Assembly: GCA_010405405.1 (NCBI GenBank)
Contig: MU004245.1
Span: 9,256 to 73,255, forward strand
From: Microthyrium microscopicum
Taxonomy: Eukaryota
DNA: 64,000 nucleotides
Direction of reading: 5' to 3'
Under the pieces are notes generated by a model. The model was given only the letters and a program-made list of their open reading frames with translations. It made no database searches and was not told the origin of the DNA. The first letter of the stretch is position 1, and the number at the start of each line of letters is the position of its first letter. A program made the position numbers and the translations under genes. Of the stretch, positions 28,298 to 41,100 are shown in pieces.

Positions 28298-28459
28298 TAT
28301 TAAGAATTAAACCCCCTAAAGCTATACCTATTTAGGCTACCCTTATTATATATAAATACCTTAACTAAAAAGTCTCTTAACTCTTCTTTCTCTCTAAGTT
28401 ATCTTCCTATTTAGTAGGCTTATAATATAACTTATCTCTTCGTTATCTAACCTATAATA
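28298..28459 (+). repeat. 3' LTR of Gypsy C
   Basis: Direct repeat of 19701-19862. Confidence 0.95.
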
Positions 28460-30009
28460 AAAAGCCTTTATAAGTTTCTTATAGTAATAAAGTAAGTCTT
28501 ATAGATTAATATAGTTTAATAAATTTATTAAATATTTAAAGAGCTAAGTAAATCTATTTTAACTTAATTAAATTAACTTTTCTAAAAAAATAAAACTAAT
28601 TTTACTATAATAATTATTTTCTAAATAGATAAAAAATAAAGTCTTAGCTTTAAAGGTTAGTAATAAATCCTAGTTTTTAAACTAGAATATTTTTATAATA
28701 ATTCTATAGTATAATAAATTTATAATATAAAATAATACTTTATTAGTCTTTAAAATTCTATTAAAGTTAACTATTATTACTTTAATAGTTACTACTTTAT
28801 AAATAGCTAGAACTATACTATTTAGATACTTAGCTAGCATTTTTAAGAAATAATATATTTCTAATTAAAGCTTTTTAGTTAAAATATAATTTATAATATT
28901 AAAATAGGTCTTACTATCTACTAATATACTCTATAATATATAATTTTAGCTTACTTAATTCTAAGTAGTTTCTTATATAATAATTTAGTATAATTTCTTT
29001 ATTTAATATATTTTCTTATTTAAAAATTCTTTTATTTTTTACTATTTTTAAGACTTAAATAATAATAACTTTATAATAATTACTAAAGAAATTAAGAATT
29101 AGAATATTTATAATAAAAGCTATAAGATTTTAGTTAGCTACTTTATAATTTTTTTATTTTTAGATTAAAGTAATTATAAACTATATAGCTTATCTTATTA
29201 TAGTTTTAGTACTTATCTTTACTAGGATTACTAAGAAAGAGCTATTTAAATTTAACTTTTATACTACTCTTTAGTTTATTTAGCTTTAAAACTCTATTAA
29301 AAGAACTTAACTTAAGTTTCTTTAACTTATTTTTCTAAAAGCTTTATTAAGACTTATTCTTTAGATTTATAAATATTAAATATTATTTAAAGAATTTACT
29401 ATCTTTAGTATCTTTCTTTAAAATAGCTAGTATTTTTTAGTTATTAATAAGTCTTACGTATTTTAAAATATATTAAGATAAAGCTTTTTTAGTTATTTTA
29501 ACTATATAGTCTAAGTTAAAGATTATATTATTTCTTAAATAAGTAGATAGCTTATTACTAAAGAATAATAAATAAATAAATATATTATTAATCTTATATT
29601 TATAAAAGAAAGGTATAAGCTTATTAAAGTATTCTTAGAGAATCTTTTTTTTATAGTAATTAAGAAGCTTTAAAAAGCTTTATAGTACTTCTTAATAAGT
29701 AAACTAAGAAGTTTAAAAGTTTATTATTTTATAAAAGTCTATATAGATTTATATTAGCCTAGTTTAGCTAGCTAGGTCTAAAAATTAATATAATTATTTT
29801 AAGTAAATTATATAATCTTTTTATTAAAGTAATTATAAGCTTAAAAGATTACTAAGTATAAGTTTTTCTTTTATTTCTTTATAGTAAGTATATTAGTTAT
29901 ATTAAAGACTTAATTCTTATATTCTTATAGACTTTTAGCTTTATATATTTATAATTTATTACTACTATAAACTAATTTAGAACTATTATATTTAATATAA
30001 ATTAAAATA

Positions 30010-33000
30010 TATATATAAATCTTATTTATTATCTTTTAGCTACACTAATAGGCTATATAGATGCTATTCTTACTTTTAGAAAAACCCCTATAGAGAAACC
30101 TATAGTATTCCTTTAGTTGCCTTCTAGTAGCTTTATTCTATTATTATTATAATACCTTCTTAGTCTACTACTTCTAAATAAAAGGACTTATATTATCTCT
30201 CTATAAACTATAAGCTTACTAAAAGAATTCTAGTTAGTAGGTTAATATAGTAGGTAACTAGTAGTTACTAATTATTAGGAGCCCTATATAGCTTAAGTAT
30301 ACTATATATTATATAAATTCTATACTATACGTTAGAATCTTAATCCTTAATATTATCTCTATTATTAGTTTTCCTTTTAGGACTTATTTATTACTTAATT
30401 ACTTAAAGCTATAGCGTTTCTTAGGATAGGTTAGATTTAGCTTCTTAGTACCTATTTCTATTTAGTATTACCTTATTATTAAGTTTTACTATTATACTTT
30501 AATAAGTTCTTATTAATCTTCTCTTTTCTAGAAGCTTATAGCTATTATCTTTATATAGTTAACTTTTTATATAGTTTTATAATAAGCGTATATAATATAT
30601 ATTTTTAAGTTTTTATAATTAATTTCTACTTTTAATAGGCTTTAATATTACTATAGCCTTTAGCTATATTAAGCCCTTTCTTTTAATACTTATTAAGTAG
30701 AGTATCTATAATACTTTTTAGCTAAGTTTTCTTTATTAATCTATACTCTTTAATACTATATAATAAGCTACTAAATAGCTACTTCTAAGTTTTTAATAGT
30801 CTATATAGTCTACTTCTAAGATATAAAGTATTTTAAATTTATATAGTTTTAATTACTTTTTCCTCTTTAAGTTTTTATTATACTTCCTACTTTTCTTAAT
30901 TCTTTTTCTAAAAGTAAGTTCTTTATAGGCTTTTCTTCTCTCTCTCTTTCTTACCTTTAGGTACCTAATAAACGTCTTATACCTATAAGTATCTCTCTTT
31001 TATTATCTTTAAAAAAGGTAAAAACTACTTTATTTATAGATATTAAAAATACTACTTTATTCTTAAATATAAAATTAGCTAGTTTTATTCTAGCTCTTAT
31101 TATAAGTCTTTTAGTATTCTTTTATATATAGTATTAACTATTATAATATAGACTATATATATTCTTAGTATAAGAATTTATTTATACTATTTTTAAGTAT
31201 TATACTATTATATAAAGTTACTTAATAGTAAGTACTTAATTAATCTTAGCGTACTTACTATAGTAATTACTTATATCTATAGTTAGGCTAGTCCTAACTA
31301 ATATTTTTACTTTTATTATAAAGAGTAATATTTTAAATATAAAGCTATAAGTATATCCTTACTCTTAATTTTTTATCTTTTCTAATATTATAGTAAGATA
31401 CTAATAAAGTTAAAAAAGTAAGGTAAGTATCTCTAATATGCCTTTAATAAAGTAATAGCTAACTTAGTTAACCCTTATTAAGGTATTAAAGAGTATATAT
31501 TATTAAGTATAGATAAAGAGGCTACTAAGTAAGTAAAGGTTATAAAGGATTTAATAAGTAAGTTTACTAACTATAAGATCTAGTTTACTTCTACTATAGC
31601 CTTATTAATATAGTAAAAGAAAAAAAAGCTAAAGATTAATATAACTATACTAGCTACTAATTTAGCTTACTTATAAGCTATCTTGCTAGAGCTTTATACT
31701 TAAAGCATAAAGATAAATTTATTAATAAAGATATTCTAGTTATTAAGTAAAGTAGTATTATTATTTAATAAAGAGTAGTAAATAGATATAGAATAAAATT
31801 AATTATATTCTTAGACTTAGCTATTTCCTTTATAATTATATATTGCTAGCTTATTAGTACTATAGTATTATAGTTAGTTATTTATAAGATCCTTAAGTTT
31901 TAGTAGTTCTCTATATGCCTTAAGGTTTATTTCTATAATTTTTTTAGTTAGTCTAAATTACTAAAGAGCTTTACTTTTTAATAGCTATTTAGCTACTACT
32001 TAGATATTCCTTAGATTAGAGAGTATATAGACCTTATTTAGTATTATTGCTTATTCTAGTAATCTTTCTTTATAATATTATAAGTAGTTTAATAGTATAT
32101 AGTAAACTATTTATTACTAGTAACTATATAGATACTATAATAGAAGGACTATTAATACCTATATGCTATATAGCTAGTTATTAAGTCTAATAACTTCTAA
32201 TTATATAAGAAAAAGCGCTATTACTTATACTTTATTAAGATTATTATAAAGCTTAATTAGTTAGTTACTTTATAATATTCTCTATACTATAGTAGTATAC
32301 TACTATATTCTTATAAGCTATATCTAAATATTTATCTAGAGCCTATAGTAATATACTCTAATTAGGAATATCTCTAACTCTAATTTAGTTTTTACCTTCT
32401 TCTTTTTCTATAATATACTATCTATTAGTTATATTACTTATCTATAATTAGTATCCTACTTCTATTTTATTTCTAATCTCTTTTTTTATTACTTTAGTAT
32501 ATTAACTCCTTAAGCTATAATCTTAGTTATATATATCTATACTAATTTAAGTATTACTAAGCTTCTTAGTTATTATTACTAGAGAAGTATCCTTTAGTTC
32601 TTTAAAAGGTTTACTTAGTATATTTTAGTAATAATTTTACTTATCTTTTATATTACTATTAAGTCTTTATTCTTATTAATATATTTCTCTATTAAAACTA
32701 TAGCGTTTATTTAAAGTAGTTTAATCCCTATTTCCTTATTTAATAAAGTAATAAAAGTTCTTTAGTACTTTCTTATTATCTTATAGAGTATATTATTCTA
32801 AACTACTACTAGTAGTTTATAATAATCCTTTAGTACCTTAAGAAATAGTAATCCTAGACTTTATACTTATACTCTATATATAAAGGTTAGCCTAATAATT
32901 ACTATATAAAGGAGTTTTATCTTTCTAAAGACTAGTCTCTATCTTAACTACGCTATTTTTAAAAATACTACTACTTACTTAAATCCTTTAGTTCTAGTTT

Positions 33001-36000
33001 TTTTAATATAATCTTTTTAGTTTATCTTCTTATCTATTTATATACTTAATATCTTAATATTCTTTAGCATAAGCTTAGTAGATATATTATTTATTATTAC
33101 TATAAATTATAAGTCTATTTCTAAGTAGTAAATATTCTAAGTAAAGTATATTACTTAATACTTATTAGAAGTAAACTTTACTCTATATTTATTTACCTAA
33201 TTAGTATACTTCTAGTAGGCCTCTTCTAGTCTTATATAGTTCTTTTAAGTAGTATTGCTCTATATAACTAATATAGTATTATCTATAAAGCTAAATCTAA
33301 AGATATTATTACTTACGTCCTAAAAATATTCTAATAGTTCTAATATAAAAAAGAGAAAGAGGATAAATAAGAAAAAAGATCTCTAAAGGATCCTTATATT
33401 AGTTATTATTACTAAGCTTTANNNNNNNNNNNNNNNNNNNNNNNNNNNNNNNNNNNNNNNNNNNNNNNNNNNNNNNNNNNNNNNNNNNNNNNNNNNNNNN
33501 NNNNNNNNNNNNNNNNNNNNNNNNNNNNNNNNNNNNNNNNNNNNNNNNNNNNNNNNNNNNNNNNNNNNNNNNNNNNNNNNNNNNNNNNNNNNNNNNNNNN
33601 NNNNNNNNNNNNNNNNNNNNNNNNNNNNNNNNNNNNNNNNNNNNNNNNNNNNNNNNNNNNNNNNNNNNNNNNNNNNNNNNNNNNNNTATTAGTTTTAGAT
33701 TATTACTCTTCTTTTCTAGTTACGCCTTAAGCCTAAAAGCCTTTAGGACCTTATTTAGTATATTAATAAGTCCTATTGCCTTATAATTTAGGAGGCTACT
33801 AATTATATAATCTATCTCTTCTACTATTATCTTATAGTCTATCTTTAATTCTAGAAGTAAAATAGTATTCTCTATATTACTAAGGTTTACTACCTCTATT
33901 TAAGAAAAGAACTTTATAGATAGTATATTTACCTTACCTTAGTTATTATAGATATAATTATTACTAGTAGTCTATCTAAGTATTAATAGGTATAGGTCTT
34001 TTTTTAGTCTACTAGCTTTAGCTCTTATCTATTTACTTATTCTTTATAGGCCTTAGTTCTTATAACGTTTATAATTCTTTATAATCTCTTCTATAAAGGT
34101 CTACTAGGATATTACTTTATTCTAGTATAGAGATTTTCTTAGCTAAGCTATAATTAACTTATATATATACTTATCCTAGTTAGTCCTTATTTAAAAGTAT
34201 CTTTATTTTATATAATACTTTCTTTATATTAGTAGGATAGTTATAAGTAACTATCTATATAAAGCTTACTTTAAGGGTTTTACTTTTAAGTAGTAAATTT
34301 TTAATACTTCTATTATTACTCTATATAAGGCCTCTATTAGTATATCTTTAGTATTTTATAAGCTATTATTTACGTATTTAATAAATTATTCTATATTTAG
34401 TTTTTATATATTATACTATACTTTTAGTATATATTTCTCTTATCTTAGAGTTAGCTAAATTAGTATTAGGATATAATCTTCTATTAGTACTTAGGTATTA
34501 ACTAGGCTATAGAACTCTAATCTTTCTTAAAAGAATTAAGATAGGAACGTAAAGTTAATTACTATTTCTATTACTCTTACTCTTTTTTCTTTACGTAATT
34601 TATAAGTTAGTTCTTCTTCTAGTATATATAAATAGAGCCCTTACCTAATTATATTTTAGAGTAAGGTATTTATTTAGAGTTTAGTAGCTAATACTACGCC
34701 TTCCTATTAATAATAGTAATAGTTAAAGTCTCTTACTAATAAGATCTCTTCTTTTACCTTATTAATTACCTTTATTAGTATTAGGTATTTAGTAATATAG
34801 TTATAGTTACTTATTACTAGGCCTTTGCTATATATATTAATAATTATTAGTATTATATACCTATACTAAAGGCGTAGTATTAAGATAAATTAGTTATAAT
34901 GTCTTACTTATTAGTCTTCTATATTAAGCGCTTTACTTATTATAAAGTATACTCTTAATTAATTGTCCTAGTTATATACTAGTATATAGCTAAAGAGGTA
35001 GTATATTCCTTTTAGCTTTATAATTCCTTTAAGGTCTTAAATTACTATAATTAGTTACTTAATATTATTTAGTATATTAAAGAATAGCCTTACTTCCCTC
35101 CTATTTAATCTTTTATAGTTATATTATATAATATTAATACTATTTATTTAAGTCTATTATTTAGATTTTATTTATTTTATTACTAAAGGTTAGCCTAGAG
35201 TTATCTATAGCTTATTCTACTCTTCTATAGTTATTTCCTTATTAGTCTTTTAGGATACTATCTCTTATAGTTTATAAGCTATTATTACTTTTATTAAAGT
35301 TAAATATACTTATAATTAATCTCTAAGTACCTTAGACTAGATTATTACGTACTTTATTCTTTACCTCTTATAATACTAATAGTCTTTTAAAGTTCTTAGT
35401 TTCTACTTTTCTTTTCTTTATACTATTTACTATAGTATATCTATTATTATTTATAAGCTAAATTAGTATAATTTAGGTAAGTATTATAGCTCTTATCTAT
35501 TTTATATATCTTTTATTTATTACCTAGAATCTTTTTATATTCTTAAAATAGATTTAGTATACTTTATATATATTCTTTTATTATATATAGTATTTCTAGT
35601 TTTACTCTTTCTTTCTTCTTCTTCTTTTTTTATTATCTTTATAGTTAGAGTACTAAACTAGGCTTATCTTAGTATAGTTCCTAGTATTATAATTACTTAT
35701 ATATTTACTATAGTTTAATTTATACTAGGTATAAGCTATTTACGTATAGCTTTAAACTTAGTAATAATAGTACTATTTAGTAGTATATTTTAGGTTATAT
35801 AATCTAATAAAGAGCTCTTCTACTCTAATAATAAACTTCTTTTAAATAACTTTATCTCTTATTACTATTATTAAGTAGTATAATATAAGTAATCTCTTAG
35901 TATATATCTTTCTATACTTTTCTAATTCTTCTTTTACCTATTTATACTCTATATCTCTATAAAGCTACTAAACTACTCCTATCTCTAGACATTTAAACTT

Positions 36001-36915
36001 TATTTTATTTCTATTAACTAGTTCTTTAATTAGTTTATTATTATCTATATTCTTATTATAGGCTATATCTAGTTTAAGTAGAGCCCTTAGGATCTCTATT
36101 AGATAGTCTTATTATAAGACCTAGACTTTATTTAAGTCTACTTAGCGTAGCCTATTTTAGATATAGTCCTTATCTAATTATATATTAACTATAATGTTAA
36201 CGTTCTTATTAAGTAGTAGCTTAATAGCTATTGCCTATAGGATAGTTTCCTTAATTTTTTTAAATAGCTTTACTCTATTTTACTTATCTTTCTTTAATAT
36301 ATTTTTAACTACTTTTATAATATTAATTTAGATTATTAAGCTTATAAAGAGGGCCCTTTAGTTAGGGATTAGTAGATTAAGTCCTTTTATAACCTTTGCC
36401 TAGGAGTTAGAGGTTATTTTAATTTTAGTAATTTACTTTATAATTATATTAAGTTTTTAATTAAGGTATACCTTAAAGCATATTAGCAAAGAGGCTTTAT
36501 TTATAATTAGAGCTAGGTAGAATACTAGTTATTTAATATAGTCTTATGCTATAATAAAGAACGCATAGTATTATATAAAATTAGCTATTAGCTAGTTAAG
36601 GAATAGTCGTATTAGATCCTCCTTTTTAGATATAAGTCCTCCTAATAGTACTTTAATTCTTTTCTATACTCTTACAAGTAGTAGTTTTAGGTCATCTTTT
36701 TATTTCTATATTACTTTGTTTTTAATATAGGTGGCCTCTATAGTAATAATAGCTATCTACTATAAATCTTTATTTATCTCTATAGCGCTAGCTATTACTT
36801 ACGTCTAGTTAAAAGTTATACTATTATAATAGTCTTAATGAGATGAATCTAATAATAATAGTTTTATAGAATAATTCTAAGAAATTAATCTTTTAGTACA
36901 ATAATGCTCTCTATA
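30010..36915 (-). mobile_element. Tad1-like LINE copy 1, near full length, RIP-inactivated
   Basis: De-RIP minus-strand motifs: APE GDFNxHHxxWG (~34700-34735), RT GIPQGSPLSPILF and FVDD (~33275-33400), KILGVWID (~33020-33060) and C-terminal CPCG..H..C (~32075-32130). ORF2 ends at ~31870. Candidate 10-bp TSD aattaaaata (30000-30009) / gattaaaata (36916-36925); the 3' boundary is less certain. Confidence 0.85.
33422..33686. other. Assembly gap (265 N) inside the LINE RT region
   Basis: Run of N. Confidence 1.
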
Positions 36916-37921
36916 GATTAAAATAATTAAGCTAAAGTTATATTAGCTTTATTTATTAATTTATTTAATTAAGTAAAGTTCTTTATATTTATTAGCTACT
37001 TTTATTACTTTAAGTTATTTATATTTAAGTATATTATATATTTACTATATTTTAGCTTATAGCTATTTTAGTATTTTTTTTATATTTACTACTAGTTTTA
37101 AATAAACTTATTTTATATTAGTAGAATTATTTATAGTACTACTTAGTTCTACTAAATTTAGTATAGTTAAAGTTAATATAGCTAGATTTAATATAGCTAA
37201 ATTTAATATAAAAGTTTTAGCTTTACGTATTAGTATATTATTACTTATAATTAATTATAGTATTTTAAAAAGAAAGCTTTATAGGTACTTTATAAATAAA
37301 AAGTAATTAAAATATTAAAAATTAGAATTATAAAGTAAGTAAAAAAGTTATAAAATACTTAATAAATTAGATATATAAAAATAAAAATAAAAGTAATTAC
37401 TAAGAAACTACTTAGTAATTTCTTAGCTTCTATTTTATTACTTAAGAACTTCTAAGGTTTTTTTTTAAGCTAGAGTAGTTTATTTATAACCTAAGCTACT
37501 TAGAAAATATACTTAGCTACTAGTTACTATAGTTAGAAACTTATTAGCTTTCTTAATTATAAAATATACTAAAGCTAAAAAAGTAGCTTTACTAGCTTTT
37601 AATAGCTATTAGACTAAGGTACTTAGATTATAATACTTACTCTAGAAGGTTTATTAAGTTTAATTTCTAATACTTTATTTATACTATTTAAAAATAAAAT
37701 TAAGTATAATTAAAGAGACTTAAATTTAAATTAAGTATAATTATACTAGCTTACGCTAGCTTACGTTTACTTAGAATAAGCTTATAAGTACTTAGCTATA
37801 GCTTAAGTTACTTACTAATAGCTTATATTATACTTTAGTATTATAAAATCTTTTTTATCAATTTAAGCTATCTAATAGTACTAATAATACCTATAACTAT
37901 TATACGTAGTACTTTATCTAA

Positions 37922-38144
37922 TATAAGGAATTCTTATAGGTTTAGTGTTATAGTATTTAGATACTAAGATCTAATCTTATAGATAAGATCTCTTTATTCT
38001 ATTTAGGGTTAGTATATTTAAGGATATTCTAGGCTTCTATTTCTTTGTATCTATAGCTATATCTCTAGATCTCTTCTCTTCGTACTTAGATTCTATAATA
38101 CTAGCTACTTTCTACTTGCCTATTACGCCTATTAGCTCCTTATA
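37922..38144 (+). repeat. 5' LTR of Gypsy B1
   Basis: Direct repeat of 45418-45640. Confidence 0.95.
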
Positions 38145-41100
38145 TAATCTAAGTACCTCTATATTAAATTTTATACTCTATGTATATTTTATATATTATT
38201 AATAAACGCGTAGAGGCGTTTAATAATTTCTATTAGATTACTATAGTTATGCTATAGATTTAACTAATTAGTATTTAGTAATACTATCCTTAATTAGGAT
38301 TAGCGTTACTAAAGGTACTAGCAAATTTATAAATACTAACTAGAGTAACGTAAATTTAGCGTTATTTATTAGAATAAAGACTACTTAGAGGCTTAAGCTT
38401 TACTTCGTAGTATTCTTCTTAGATCTATAGAGGCGTTTATACTACTTCCTCTCTACTAACTATAAATTATACTTACCTTATTTCTTATTAATTCGTATTT
38501 ATTAAATCTATTAAATTAGTTTTAATTTATTAAAAAATACTATATTATTTAGCTACGTATTACTATAAGTAAGACGCTACTTATTCCTAGTCTTAAATTA
38601 GCATTCTTAAGTAACTCTTATATTGTTTATAAACGTAGTAGCATTAGTATTTAAAGCTATTTAGTTTTACTCTATTATAGTAAAGATAGCTACTTTACTA
38701 AGAAGCTAGTCGTCCTAGATATAGGAACTAATTAATAGTCTACTATTGCGTTAATGCTATAGTAAGAGAATATTTTAGTAGTTAAATCTATTAAAAAGTT
38801 ACTTTTATTACCTAAAGTAGTTTTAGATAATAAAGACAAAGAATTCTTTTATTAGAATACTTAAGTTAGTATTAATATTTAATAACCTCGTAAGATTGTT
38901 ACTAAACTATTAACTATAGTACCTATTACGCTAATAAGCGTAATAAAAGAGCTAGGATTAAAAGGTAAAGAGGTATTAACCTCTAGTACTATTATTAGTA
39001 ATTTATTAAATAAAGACGTATTAGAAGCAAGATTACTTATTAATATCTACTATTAGTTAGAATTGCTAATATACAAAAAAGAACTTTATAACGTTTTTAT
39101 ATTATTTCTATTCTATCTACTTTTAGAACTAGTAGACCTTAATAGTAAAGTCGCCTTACTTATTAGCATAAAGTCTTTATTTATATAGGTATTATATAGA
39201 ATAGAACTAGAGGTAAGGAAGTAGATATTAGTAATTCTTTAGGATAATCCTAATAATTTTATTACTTTCTAGAAATATTATATATTAATATCTAATAGTA
39301 AGCATCTAGATTAATATATTAAGTTTATAGAAGAAGATTAATTCTTTAAATAACTATATACTACGTTAGTAATTAATTAAACTATAGTATTATGTTACTA
39401 GTCTACTTAAAAACTTTAAAATTAGCTAGTAGGAGAACTTATAGACACTAACGTAGAAGTAGATTAATTAGGTAAATTAGTAGATATATTATAGGAAGAG
39501 GTAGCTATCTATTAGTAGATAATAATAGATTTTAAAGTACTTACTAGCTAAATTTGCTATAACTATAAGTTAGTACTAATTATTATTTATTTAAATAAAT
39601 AAGCTACTCTTACTAAATTAGTAAAAAAGTATAATATTAATCTATAATATTACGAGTTAGTTATTAATCTTTACTACTAAATCTAAAAACTTAAGAATAG
39701 ACTTTAAATAAATTTAAACTAAGCTTACGTTAACTTAGATAATTTAAAAAATAATATCTTTTTAGGTTACTCTATACTATAAGTAACGTATCTAGTAGTT
39801 TTATACTTATAGCTTTAAGCCTAAGAAATATACTATATTTTATTATTATTAATAGCTAATAGTAGCTTCTTAGTAATATTCGTAAAGTTTAAAGAACTTA
39901 GTAATTTTAAAAGTAAACTTATATACTATAAATAGTAAAAGAAAAAGATATTAGATATACTTCTTAATAAGAATATATATCTTTATATCTTTACTAAAAA
40001 GAAGAAGATTAAGTTTATTTATATCTATTATACTAGCTTTACTTATAGTATTATAGTTATATATAAAGGTTATAAATTAAAGAACCTTTATAGTACTATA
40101 GAAGAGATATAGGTAGACTTAAATAGATATTATTACTCTAAGAACGCTTTTAAGGATACTAAAGTATAGTTAAAGTCTTTAAATACTAAAATAAAAGATA
40201 TAAAAGGTCTTTAAGCCTTTATTAGCCGCTTCTTAATAAATTTAGTAGATATAGAACTATCTAAGCGTAAGAAGATTATTAAATTATAAGATCTTATTAA
40301 TTATAAGTTTATAGACTTACTAGTAGGTTAGCATTTTAGTAGCTTTACTATATTTTACGCTTAACTTTACTTAGTTATACGTTAAATTAACTATAAGCCT
40401 ATAGCTATAAATAATAACTTTTATAGCTATAATAATAATTAGTCTACTAATAAGGGAGCTTAAAATAATAAAACTAGTAACGTTAATAATTCTATAGACG
40501 TCTTTAATACCTTAAAAATAGATAAACGTTATATCTATTATAATTAAAAGGGTTACTACTACTTTAATAAGACTACTCTATATAAAGATTAGAAATCCTT
40601 ATCTAATAATAAAATTAAAGCCTTAGTTATATTTTTAGTAGCAATGTTTATAAAAGTTTAAAAAGAATAATAACCCTTTATAAAGGATACTGCTAAGAAT
40701 AATAACTATTAATCTTTAAACTAGACGCTTCTTTACTAAGTTGTAAGAAAGAGCTAAATAAGACTAAAGTATATAATAAAAGAAAGAAACGTATTTTTAA
40801 TACTATAACTAAGTATATAAAAAAAATATTTTATTAATATAATAAGAAATAGTACTAAAATATTAAGAAAGCTAAAGAGATATTTTATTAAGTAAAAGAA
40901 GACTATAAGAATATTAAAGAAAAAGCTTAAGAGAAGATTAAGAAAATACTTAGTTATCTTTATTAGTATATTTAGCGCCTTAAGTATAAAAATACTATTT
41001 ATAAAGAATATATCTCTTTAGTATATTTATATGCTATTTATATTTTACTAGCCTCTATTATACTAGTAGTATAACCTTAAGATATTAAAAAGAAAGATTC

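Larger units (their letters stand above)
19701..28459 (+). mobile_element. Ty3/Gypsy chromovirus C, full length, RIP-inactivated, with 1.7-kb extra 3' region
   Basis: 162-bp LTRs (the 5' one starts with intact TG), TSD AAAAG (19696-19700 / 28460-28464) and PPT agataaggaagg. RT remnant YLDNVLIFS at 24052 and chromodomain remnant at ~26400-26520. Confidence 0.96.
19151..37845 (-). mobile_element. Old Gypsy element D, split into 19151-19700, 28460-30009 and 36916-~37845 by later insertions
   Basis: De-RIP minus-strand motifs: RT DYRxLN...DEWKTAF...VMPFGLTNAPATFQ (19200-19470), protease LVDSG (~28908-28924) with IIMGMPW downstream, and gag CX2CX4HX4C (29170-29211). The 5' LTR at ~37629-37845 is tentative. 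Confidence 0.8.
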
